A stretch of DNA of 64,000 bases. Source: Prolixibacteraceae bacterium. Its GTDB lineage: Bacteria; Bacteroidota; Bacteroidia; Bacteroidales; Prolixibacteraceae. The DNA is taken from positions 2,993-66,992 of the forward strand of contig JANONW010000288.1 of assembly GCA_031421065.1 (NCBI GenBank). Direction: 5' to 3'. Below, piece after piece: positions 38,110 through 46,721 of this stretch. The stretch's first letter is position 1, and the number at the start of each line of letters is the position of its first letter. The notes beneath the pieces are model-generated. The model had not been told where the DNA came from and searched no databases. It saw only the letters and a list, made by a program, of their open reading frames with translations. Made by a program: the position numbers and the translations under genes.

Positions 38110-39078
38110 ATGATAAAAGTTGGAATTATTGGTGGCGCCGGTTATACGGCAGGCGAACTGATCCGTATTTTACTGAACCACCCTCAGGCCAATATTGCAT
38201 TTGTGCAAAGCAGCAGCAATGCCGGAAACCTGGTTTCTGATGTTCATACCGATTTATTGGGTGATACCGACATTCAATTTGTTGCTGAAGCTGATTTCTC
38301 AACCGTTGATGTGGTTTTTTTCTGCATGGGTCACGGCAAATCGAAAGAATTCCTACAGAAAAATATTCTTCCTGAAAATTTGAAGATCATCGATTTAAGC
38401 CACGACTTCAGGTTGAAAAAAGAAGGGAATACCTTTGTTTACGGCCTGCCTGAACTGAACCGGGAAATTATACGAAAATCAAACAAAATTGCGAATCCAG
38501 GTTGTTTTGCGACCGGAATACAGTTGGCTATTTTACCCCTGGCAGCTGCAGGATTAATCAAAGATGAGTTGCACGCAAATGCCATTACCGGCTCAACCGG
38601 CGCAGGACAGGCTACAACCACAACCTCGCATTTTAGCTGGAGAAACAGCAATCTATCAGTTTACAAAGCTTTTGAACACCAGCATCTGGGAGAAATTGGC
38701 GAAAGCCTGAAACAGTTGCAACCTGATTTAAAACACGATATCAATTTTATTCCGGTTCGGGGAAATCATACCCGAGGCATATTTGTTTCGGTTTATACCA
38801 AATTTGATGGTTCGATAGAAGATGCCCGAAAACTTTATCAGGATTATTACGAACCGCATCCTTTTGTATTTGTGAGCCTGAACAATCCCGATCTGAAGCA
38901 AGTAGTAAATACCAACAAGGCAATTGTTTATCTTGAAAAACACGGCAATAAACTGATGATATTATCGGTCACCGACAATTTGCTGAAAGGCGCATCAGGA
39001 CAGGCCGTTCAGAACATGAACCTGATTTTTGGACTGGAAGAAACGACGGGGCTGAATTTGAAAGCAATGGCTTTTTAA
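38110..39078 (+). CDS. argC: N-acyl-gamma-glutamyl-phosphate reductase
   Basis: GGAGYTAGEL, IANPGCFAT, GSTGAG, DNLLKGASGQA. Confidence 0.97.
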   Translation: MIKVGIIGGAGYTAGELIRILLNHPQANIAFVQSSSNAGNLVSDVHTDLLGDTDIQFVAEADFSTVDVVFFCMGHGKSKEFLQKNILPENLKIIDLSHDFRLKKEGNTFVYGLPELNREIIRKSNKIANPGCFATGIQLAILPLAAAGLIKDELHANAITGSTGAGQATTTTSHFSWRNSNLSVYKAFEHQHLGEIGESLKQLQPDLKHDINFIPVRGNHTRGIFVSVYTKFDGSIEDARKLYQDYYEPHPFVFVSLNNPDLKQVVNTNKAIVYLEKHGNKLMILSVTDNLLKGASGQAVQNMNLIFGLEETTGLNLKAMAF

Positions 39079-39210
39079 GGCCTCCCCCCAGCCCCCTCCC
39101 AAAGAGGGGGAGCTTTGCGACCTGCTAAATTGGGAAGTATTCGCTTAAAAAATTGAAAATAACCGCGCACTTTTAAGCCTCCCCTTGAGGGGGAGGTTTG
39201 GAGGGGGCTT
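39079..39210. repeat. Inverted doublet of C/G-run REP-like palindromes
   Basis: ggcctccccccagccccctcccaaagagggggagcttt ... aagcctccccttgagggggaggtttggagggggctt. Confidence 0.75.
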
Positions 39211-39223
39211 TAAACTATTGAAA

Positions 39224-40345
39224 ATGAATTTATTCGATGTATATCCGCTACTCGACATCACTCCGGTCAAAGGGGAAGGTTGTTACATGTGGGATGAGCA
39301 CGGAACCAAATATCTGGATTTATATGGTGGACATGCCGTTATTTCGGTAGGACATTCGCATCCTCAATACATAAGTAGGCTGACCAGCCAGTTAAACCAG
39401 ATCAGTTTTTATTCCAATTCAGTGCAGGTTCCGCAGCAACAAGAGCTGGCCGACAAACTTGGACAATTCAGTGGATATCCCGATTACCAGTTGTTTTTGG
39501 TCAATTCAGGAGCCGAAGCAAACGAAAATGCACTGAAACTGGCCTCATTTGTAACTGGCCGTAAAAAAATTGTGGCCTTTAAAAAAGGTTTCCATGGTCG
39601 TACTTCTGCCGCTGTTGCTGTAACCGACAATCCAAAAATTATTGCCCCGGTCAACCAAACTTCAAATGCGATTATTCTTCCGTTTAACGATCTGGAATTG
39701 CTTGAAGAACAATTGAAAACCAATGAAATTGCAGGTGTAATCATCGAAGGGATTCAGGGAATCGGCGGTATTCATGTTCCTGCTGAAGGATTTTTGGTTG
39801 AGGCTGAAAAATTGTGCAAACAATACGGCACATTGCTCATTCTGGATGAAATACAATCTGGTTACGGACGTAGCGGAAAGTTTTTTGCTCACCAATATAC
39901 TTCGGTAAGGCCCGATATTATTACTGTAGCCAAAGGAATGGGCAACGGGTTTCCGGTCGGAGCTGTCTTGATTGCTCCTGAAATCAAACCCTGGCATGGC
40001 ATGTTGGGAACTACTTTCGGAGGAAATTATTTGGCCTGTGCAGCAAGTCTGGCAGTCCTGGAAATTATGGAAAGTGAAAAACTGATTGAAAATGCTGCAA
40101 ATGTAGGCAGTTACCTGATCGGAAAGTTAAAGGAAATTTCAGGGATTAAAGAAGTGAGAGGACTTGGCTTAATGATCGGTCTTGAATTTGAGAAACAAAT
40201 TAATGACATTCGTCATGTTTTGTTAAAAAAACATCATATTTTTACCGGTGTTTCAGGAGCAAATACCATTAGGCTACTTTCTCCATTAACTTTGACAAAA
40301 GAACAGGCCGATGTATTCCTTGAAGCATTGACTGAAACGATTTAG
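39224..40345 (+). CDS. argD: N-acylornithine aminotransferase; start moved to ATG 39224
   Basis: MNLFDVYP, NSGAEANE, FHGRT, DEIQSGYGR, TVAKGMG, HGMLGTTFGGN. Confidence 0.94.
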   Translation: MNLFDVYPLLDITPVKGEGCYMWDEHGTKYLDLYGGHAVISVGHSHPQYISRLTSQLNQISFYSNSVQVPQQQELADKLGQFSGYPDYQLFLVNSGAEANENALKLASFVTGRKKIVAFKKGFHGRTSAAVAVTDNPKIIAPVNQTSNAIILPFNDLELLEEQLKTNEIAGVIIEGIQGIGGIHVPAEGFLVEAEKLCKQYGTLLILDEIQSGYGRSGKFFAHQYTSVRPDIITVAKGMGNGFPVGAVLIAPEIKPWHGMLGTTFGGNYLACAASLAVLEIMESEKLIENAANVGSYLIGKLKEISGIKEVRGLGLMIGLEFEKQINDIRHVLLKKHHIFTGVSGANTIRLLSPLTLTKEQADVFLEALTETI

Positions 40346-40419
40346 GAAAGAGGAAAAAGGAATGAGGAAATGTTCTGTATCGTTTTAAATTGTAAATGGT
40401 AAATTACTTAATAGTAAAT
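40344..40419. repeat. Two adjacent heptamer arrays
   Basis: aggaaag aggaaaa aggaatg aggaaat (40344-40371); tttaaat tgtaaat ggtaaat ... agtaaat (40384-40419). Confidence 0.7.
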
Positions 40420-40428
40420 ACTTATAAA

Positions 40429-41226
40429 ATGATTGAGAAAAAAATTACTATTATAGGTGGCGGAAATATAGGTGGTGCGATTGCTTTTGGTTTAGTCAAA
40501 TCGAAGCAAATTGAACCATCAGACATAACGGTTTCTGACCGATACTTAGACTTGCTGAAAAAACTTCAGGAGCAAGGCGTTACAACAACCGATAACAATA
40601 TCGAAGCGGCCAGGAATGCCGATATCATCATCCTTGCAATCAAGCCATATCAGGCAATGGCGGTCATCGAAGAAATAAAACCTGTATTAAATCCAAATCA
40701 AATACTTATTTCGTTGGTTGCCGGACTTGGCCTTGAAAAACTCGAAAAAGCTGCTGGTTCACAAGCACATATATTCAGGATAATGCCAAATACTGCCATT
40801 GCTATTCAAGAGTCGATGACATTGATTTCGACCAATGTGAAATCAGAAGAGCTTCGAAATCAGGTAGTTCATATTTTCGATCAATTGGGGAAAGCCCTCA
40901 TTATTAGCGAAGATTTGATGGGAGCAGCCACAGCACTGGCATCCTGCGGAATTGCCTTTGCATTACGCTACATGCGGGCAGCAATGCAGGGTGGAATTGA
41001 AATAGGTTTTAGTGCTGAAATGGCTCAATTCATTACAGCTCAAACAGTAAAAGGCGCATCAGGATTGATACTCGAAACGGGAAGACATCCAGAGCAGGAA
41101 ATTGATAAAGTTACCACGCCCCGTGGAATCACCATTACAGGACTGAACGAAATGGAGCACAAAGGTTTCAGTTCCTCATTGATTCAGGGATTAATCGCTT
41201 CGTTCAACAAAATTGAAAAAGGATAA
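40429..41226 (+). CDS. proC: Pyrroline-5-carboxylate reductase; start moved to ATG 40429
   Basis: IIGGGNIG, LAIKP, RIMPNTA, KVTTPRGITI. Confidence 0.95.
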   Translation: MIEKKITIIGGGNIGGAIAFGLVKSKQIEPSDITVSDRYLDLLKKLQEQGVTTTDNNIEAARNADIIILAIKPYQAMAVIEEIKPVLNPNQILISLVAGLGLEKLEKAAGSQAHIFRIMPNTAIAIQESMTLISTNVKSEELRNQVVHIFDQLGKALIISEDLMGAATALASCGIAFALRYMRAAMQGGIEIGFSAEMAQFITAQTVKGASGLILETGRHPEQEIDKVTTPRGITITGLNEMEHKGFSSSLIQGLIASFNKIEKG

Positions 41227-41235
41227 AAAACTGTT

Positions 41236-42330
41236 TTGAAAACACATTTACGATATAAAAAAATAACTGTCAAAGTTGGCAGCAACGTTCTGACCAAGCC
41301 GGATGGAACGTTGAATGATGTTAACATTTCGCATTTAGTTGACCAGATCGCATTTTTGCATAAAATAGGAGTGGAGATAGTGCTCGTTTCGTCGGGTGCG
41401 GTTGCGGCAGGAAGAGGCGAAATCGGGAACGGGAAAAGGCTGGATACTGTTTCTGCAAGGCAATTGTGGTCGGCGGTTGGTCAGGTTATTCTGATTAACA
41501 AGTATGCTGAAGCGTTCAGAAAATATGGAATGTCGTGTGCGCAGGTTCTCACTACCAAAGAAAATTTCAGTGACCGTGTGCATTACCTGAACATGAAAAA
41601 CTGCATTTCTACACTGATTGAAAACAAGGTAATGCCCATTGTGAATGAGAACGATACTATTTCAGTTACCGAGCTGATGTTTACAGACAATGATGAACTT
41701 TCAGGATTAATTGCTTCGATGGAAAATTCTGAAGCACTGATTATTTTGAGCAACATTGACGGGATTTACGATGGTCCGCCCGAATTGCCCGAATCGCAAG
41801 TGATCCGCGAAATTACGTCCAAAAGCAAACCGCTGAATGAAGCAATTTCGACTGCAAAATCGAACTTTGGACGTGGTGGAATGTTAACTAAATACCACAT
41901 TGCAAAAAAAGTGGCAAAAGGTGGTATCAACGTTCACATTGCCAATGGGATGAATGAAAATACACTTCTCCGGATAATGAATACTGAGGATGAAATCGTT
42001 CATACAACGTTTTTATCGGATCAGAAGAAATCCTCGAATGTTAAAAAATGGATTTCTTACTCCGAAAGTTTTGCCAAAGGTGAACTGGTGGTGAACGTAG
42101 GTGCCCGAAACGCGCTTTTATCAAGTCAGGCAACCAGCTTATTACCGATTGGAGTTGTATCTGTCGGTGGTACTTTCGAAAAGGGCGATCTGGTAAAGAT
42201 AAAAGACGAAACCGGTCATTTGATCGGAATCGGAAAGTCGGAATACAATGCTGAAAAAGCGGATAAAAACAAGGGAAATAAAAACAAAAAAGCAGTAGTT
42301 CATTACGATTATTTATATTTAATGGAATAA
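41236..42330 (+). CDS. proB: Glutamate 5-kinase with PUA domain (TTG start)
   Basis: VKVGS, VSSGAV, PIVNEND, DNDELS, GRGGMLTK. Confidence 0.95.
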   Translation: MKTHLRYKKITVKVGSNVLTKPDGTLNDVNISHLVDQIAFLHKIGVEIVLVSSGAVAAGRGEIGNGKRLDTVSARQLWSAVGQVILINKYAEAFRKYGMSCAQVLTTKENFSDRVHYLNMKNCISTLIENKVMPIVNENDTISVTELMFTDNDELSGLIASMENSEALIILSNIDGIYDGPPELPESQVIREITSKSKPLNEAISTAKSNFGRGGMLTKYHIAKKVAKGGINVHIANGMNENTLLRIMNTEDEIVHTTFLSDQKKSSNVKKWISYSESFAKGELVVNVGARNALLSSQATSLLPIGVVSVGGTFEKGDLVKIKDETGHLIGIGKSEYNAEKADKNKGNKNKKAVVHYDYLYLME

Positions 42331-42341
42331 TATTAACCTAT

Positions 42342-42422
42342 TAACTCGGGATTTGTGTATTGATACCCTTTTCATAGACCCCTTAAATTTCCGCCTTCTA
42401 CTGGCAACGAATTCCTGAGTTA
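42342..42422. mobile_element. ~80-bp element bounded by imperfect terminal inverted repeats (MITE-like)
   Basis: taactcgggattt (42342-42354) versus aattcctgagtta (42410-42422): 11/13 complementary. Confidence 0.4.
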
Positions 42423-42460
42423 TATTCCCCCTTCCACCCCCTGGAAGGGGGCTTTATATT
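42420..42460. repeat. REP-like hairpin flanked by a 7-bp direct repeat
   Basis: ttatatt-cccccttcca-ccccc-tggaaggggg-ct-ttatatt. Confidence 0.65.
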
Positions 42461-42469
42461 TAAAAAGTT

Positions 42470-43720
42470 ATGACAGTTAAAGAACAACTTATACTGGTAT
42501 TAAAAGCCAGCAGAAAACTGAACCTAGTTTCAGCAGAAAAAATTTATCAGGTTTTGGAAGATTTGGCAACCGCTGCAACCGCAAATACGGCGTTTATACT
42601 TCAGGAAAATGCAAAAGACCTGAGTCGCATGGATCCGACAGATCCGAAATACGATCGTTTGATGCTGACAGCCGACCGGATTAAAGGAATTGCAACCGAC
42701 ATTATGAATGTCGCTTCTCTTCCTTCTCCTCTTGGCCGGATATTAAGCGAAACCGACCGTCCAAATGGACTTCATATTAAAAAAGTCACCGTTCCATTTG
42801 GAGTTATCGGCATCATTTACGAAGCGCGACCGAATGTTACGCTCGATGTGTTTTCGTTGTGCCTGAAATCTGGAAATGCCTGTGTTTTAAAAGGAGGAAG
42901 CGATGCGAACGATTCGAATGTGGGAATAGTGAAAGTGATCCAGGAAGTGCTCAGAAAACACGATTTGGATGAAAATATCCTTTCTTTGCTGCCTGTTGGC
43001 CGCGAAGCAACTGCAGAATTGCTTCACGCGCATGGATTGGTCGATCTGATTATTCCGCGTGGTTCGCAAAGCCTGATAAATTTTGTGCGCGAAAATTCAT
43101 CCATTCCAGTGATTGAAACCGGAGCTGGAATCTGTCATACTTATTTCGATGAATCGGGCGATACAGCCAAAGGACAAGCGATTGTGAACAATGCAAAAAC
43201 CCGCCGCCCAAGTGTTTGCAATGCGCTCGATTGTCTGATCATCCACCAAAACAGGCTTGCAGATTTGCCTGCTCTTACAGAACTTCTACCACAAAGTCAG
43301 GTAGTTATTTATGCTGATGAAAAAGCGTATCAGGCGCTCGAAGGAAAATATCCTTCTTCACTATTGGAACAAGCTAATGAAGAATCGTTTGGCACTGAAT
43401 TTTTATCATACAAAATGTCGGTAAAAACAGTTGAAAATATTAATGAGGCACTTGATCACATTGCTACTTATAGCTCAAAACATTCGGAAGCCATTGTTTC
43501 TGAAAACAAGGAGGCTCTTGATATTTTTAAAAAATCGGTGGATGCCGCAGCCGTTTACTGCAATGTTTCGACCGCTTTTACCGATGGGGCACAGTTTGGC
43601 CTGGGGGCTGAAATAGGCATTTCCACCCAGAAATTACATGCCCGCGGACCAATGGCACTCGAAGAACTGACCAGCTACAAATGGATAGTGGAAGGTGATG
43701 GGCAAATAAGGCCAAAGTAA
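42470..43720 (+). CDS. proA: Gamma-glutamyl phosphate reductase
   Basis: [43 protein letters not shown]. Confidence 0.97.
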   Translation: MTVKEQLILVLKASRKLNLVSAEKIYQVLEDLATAATANTAFILQENAKDLSRMDPTDPKYDRLMLTADRIKGIATDIMNVASLPSPLGRILSETDRPNGLHIKKVTVPFGVIGIIYEARPNVTLDVFSLCLKSGNACVLKGGSDANDSNVGIVKVIQEVLRKHDLDENILSLLPVGREATAELLHAHGLVDLIIPRGSQSLINFVRENSSIPVIETGAGICHTYFDESGDTAKGQAIVNNAKTRRPSVCNALDCLIIHQNRLADLPALTELLPQSQVVIYADEKAYQALEGKYPSSLLEQANEESFGTEFLSYKMSVKTVENINEALDHIATYSSKHSEAIVSENKEALDIFKKSVDAAAVYCNVSTAFTDGAQFGLGAEIGISTQKLHARGPMALEELTSYKWIVEGDGQIRPK

Positions 43721-43838
43721 AAAGAGGAAAACGCTGAAAGCCCTTTTCTGAAAAGAAAATTGCTATATCTTTAAACAACAAAACACAATCAAATAAAGCA
43801 CTGATAAACAATTATATCAGCATAAAAATCAAAAATTA

Positions 43839-44789
43839 ATGAGACATTTCACATCAGTACATGATCTTGAAAATCTGGACGAAGCTTTAAAACTTGCATT
43901 TGAACTCAAGCAATCACCTTATAAATATCAGGAACTGGGCAAAAACAAAACGCTGTTACTGGTATTCTTCAATTCAAGTCTGCGTACCCGTTTAAGCACC
44001 CAAAAAGCCGGGCTGAACCTCGGGATGAACGTCATAGTTTTCGATATCAACGAAGGCGGATGGAAACTGGAAACCGAGTTAGGCGTGATTATGGATGGCG
44101 ACAAGCCAGAGCACATACGCGAAGCCGTTCCGGTTATTGGCCGCTATTGCGACATCATCGGAGTTCGCTCATTTGCAAAATTCGAAAACAGGGACGACGA
44201 TTACGAAGAAAAAATTATTCAGCAATTTGTTGATTATTCCGGAGTACCGGTGGTAAGCATGGAAGCTGCTACGCGCCACCCGCTTCAATCATTTGCCGAT
44301 CATTTGACCATCGAAGAATTTAAGACCAAAGAACGCCCGAAAGTAGTTTTAAGCTGGGCGCCACACCCACGCGCATTGCCTCAGGCTGTTCCTAATTCAT
44401 TTGTAGAATGGATGCGCGAAACTGATTACGAACTGGTGGTTACCCATCCTGAAGGTTATGAACTTGCGCCTGAATTTATGGGCGACCTGAAACCTGAATA
44501 CGACCAGATGAATGCTTTTGAAGGCGCTGATTTCATTTATGCCAAGAACTGGGCATCTTATACCAACTACGGAAAAATTCTGTCAAAAGATAGATCATGG
44601 ACAGTTTCTGAACGTCAAATGGCTGTAACCAACAATGCGAAATTCATGCATTGCCTGCCAGTTCGCCGCAATATGATTGTTACTGACGAGGTTATAGATG
44701 GCCCGAATTCAATCGTCATTCAGGAAGCTGAAAACCGGTTGTATTCTGCTCAGGCTGTGTTGAAGATGATTTTAGATGAGATAAAATAA
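43839..44789 (+). CDS. argF: N-succinylornithine carbamoyltransferase (ArgF'-type)
   Basis: NSSLRTR, MDGDKPEH, HPLQ, WAPHP, HCLPVRR: the AOTC/SOTC family signature with Pro at the specificity position. Confidence 0.9.
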   Translation: MRHFTSVHDLENLDEALKLAFELKQSPYKYQELGKNKTLLLVFFNSSLRTRLSTQKAGLNLGMNVIVFDINEGGWKLETELGVIMDGDKPEHIREAVPVIGRYCDIIGVRSFAKFENRDDDYEEKIIQQFVDYSGVPVVSMEAATRHPLQSFADHLTIEEFKTKERPKVVLSWAPHPRALPQAVPNSFVEWMRETDYELVVTHPEGYELAPEFMGDLKPEYDQMNAFEGADFIYAKNWASYTNYGKILSKDRSWTVSERQMAVTNNAKFMHCLPVRRNMIVTDEVIDGPNSIVIQEAENRLYSAQAVLKMILDEIK

Positions 44790-44793
44790 CCAT

Positions 44794-45573
44794 ATGGAAA
44801 GATTAACCATTGTTAAAGTTGGTGGTAAGGTAGTTGAAGATAAGGATTCACTTGAGCAATTGCTTGCCCAATTCTCGCAGATCCGGGGAAAACGGATTCT
44901 GGTCCATGGAGGAGGACTGTTAGCAACAAATCTGGCCGAAAAGCTTGGAATCGAAACCCAAATGGTGGAAGGTCGCCGCATAACCGATGCAGCCACACTT
45001 GAAGTGGTTACAATGGTGTATGCCGGATTGGTGAATAAAAATATTGTGGCTGGATTGCAGGCAAAAGGATGCAATGCCATTGGCCTGACAGGTGCCGACC
45101 TGAATGTGATCCGTGCGGTTAAACGACCTGTAAAAACGATCGATTACGGCTATGTGGGCGACATCATGGGAGTAAATACTTCTGAATTGCGAATGTTGCT
45201 GAACGAAGGGGTGGTTCCGGTTATGGCTCCGATTACCCATGATGGAAAAGGACAATTGCTCAATACCAATGCGGATACCATTGCAGCCGATCTGGCCATC
45301 GAATTATCGAATTACTATACCGTTAACTTGTTTTATTGCTTCCAGAAAAAGGGAGTTTTGCTTAATCCGGATGACGAAAATTCTGTCATATCAGAACTAA
45401 GTTTTGAACGGTTTAAAGAACTTCAAAGAACAGGAGCCATCAGCGAAGGAATGATCCCAAAGCTAGACAATGGATTCAGCGCGATGAAAAATGGAGTCAG
45501 TCAGGTTTTGATTACCAATCCATCCCTTATTTCGATGGCTCGTGGAACACGTTTAAGTCTGAAAAGTGATTAG
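44794..45573 (+). CDS. argB: N-acylglutamate kinase
   Basis: VKVGG, LVHGGG, GRRIT, LLNTNAD, GMIPK. Confidence 0.95.
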   Translation: MERLTIVKVGGKVVEDKDSLEQLLAQFSQIRGKRILVHGGGLLATNLAEKLGIETQMVEGRRITDAATLEVVTMVYAGLVNKNIVAGLQAKGCNAIGLTGADLNVIRAVKRPVKTIDYGYVGDIMGVNTSELRMLLNEGVVPVMAPITHDGKGQLLNTNADTIAADLAIELSNYYTVNLFYCFQKKGVLLNPDDENSVISELSFERFKELQRTGAISEGMIPKLDNGFSAMKNGVSQVLITNPSLISMARGTRLSLKSD

Positions 45574-45692
45574 TCTTAACAGAATATTTATAAACTTAAA
45601 TCCGGTTCAGTTTTGGACCGGATGAAAAGTGCAAATCATTTTGTGCATTTATGTGTGGATTGGTTTTTTTAGTGTGGGTTGATTGTGTGGAT

Positions 45693-45735
45693 TAGAAGAA
45701 GCCGTTTCAAATTCACTTTGAAACGGCTTCTTCTA
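45693..45735. terminator. Bidirectional terminator, perfect 19-bp stem
   Basis: tagaagaagccgtttcaaa-ttcac-tttgaaacggcttcttcta between convergent argB and the wbqC-like gene. Confidence 0.85.
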
Positions 45736-45738
45736 TTT

Positions 45739-46383
45739 CTATTCCCGAAAACAGTACAGCAATACCGAATGTGTTGATGGTCCTTCGTTAAAAAGTAAAT
45801 CCAGAATGCTTAAATCAGGAACGAAGCCAAATTTTTCGGAAAAAACCTGTGTATAGGGTTGTGCTGTAAATTGCGGATCATCTGCGTTTCTGTGTGCCTT
45901 TGGACTGATTTTTTCCCTAAAATTGATGCAATTTTCCGATATTTGTTCGAATGCTCCTGTCAGGATTAATTCGTTTGGCATTTCGAGAATTTCGAGAATT
46001 GTTTCGGTAATTCGCAGATTGAAATCGAACAGAAAAGCGGATTTTTTTCGAAAGAAGGATTTCAGGTCATCGGCATAATATTCAAAAAAAGGGGAAGAGT
46101 TGTAGGCTGAAAAGATGGTTCTCCAATGGTTACGCTGCCATTCTTCATCGTAAGCGATGCGTAGATCTTTGATCTTTATCTTTTGTCCCCGACCTTTTTC
46201 AACCGGCACAATGAGCGGAATGGGGCCATTTGCCCCTAGGATGACAGTTCTGTTGCGATAGGTCTGTTTTATGAAATGTTCGTGCTGCTCAATGTGAATT
46301 TCAGGATAAGCTGCCAGTTTCGAATAATACCTGACAGGAGCAAAATAGGCTGTGCTCAGCAGAATTCCAGAATATTGTACCAT
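45739..46383 (-). CDS. WbqC-like family protein
   Basis: LLSTAYF, KQTYRNR, AYNSSPFFEYY, DLSILDLLFNEG. Confidence 0.88.
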   Translation of the reverse strand: MVQYSGILLSTAYFAPVRYYSKLAAYPEIHIEQHEHFIKQTYRNRTVILGANGPIPLIVPVEKGRGQKIKIKDLRIAYDEEWQRNHWRTIFSAYNSSPFFEYYADDLKSFFRKKSAFLFDFNLRITETILEILEMPNELILTGAFEQISENCINFREKISPKAHRNADDPQFTAQPYTQVFSEKFGFVPDLSILDLLFNEGPSTHSVLLYCFRE

Positions 46384-46385
46384 AC

Positions 46386-46712
46386 CTATTCGTTGAAAAA
46401 TCCTCCTTTGTAGTCGCTTCCCATTTTAATTCCTTCTGAAGTAATATCATCATCCTTATCGGCAACTGCATTGTCATTTTCGAGTTCATTGATTACTTTT
46501 TTCAGTTCTCTCTTTAGCTTCATTATTCGCGGAAGCTGCATCATCAAAGCAAGCAAAAAACCAAAAACTAATCCAACAATCAGAACCAGTACCAAAGGCA
46601 CATCAATTATTTTCCATTGGAAAAAACGGATGTTGATCAATAGGCGGTTCTGAATGGTGAAAATTATCAGAAGTGCCGAAAGAATAAAAAATACAATTAC
46701 TTTTCCTGACAT
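46386..46712 (-). CDS. LapA/DUF1049-like small membrane protein
   Basis: IFTIQN, FFQW, PLVLV, two TM helices followed by a coiled coil. Confidence 0.7.
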   Translation of the reverse strand: MSGKVIVFFILSALLIIFTIQNRLLINIRFFQWKIIDVPLVLVLIVGLVFGFLLALMMQLPRIMKLKRELKKVINELENDNAVADKDDDITSEGIKMGSDYKGGFFNE

Positions 46713-46721
46713 GATTGTTTT

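Noticed and set aside
45601-45692. Extra hairpin and tgtgtggatt-like repeats after argB as a possible sRNA
   Set aside because: A short hairpin and two degenerate repeats without a promoter; explained as terminator-region sequence.
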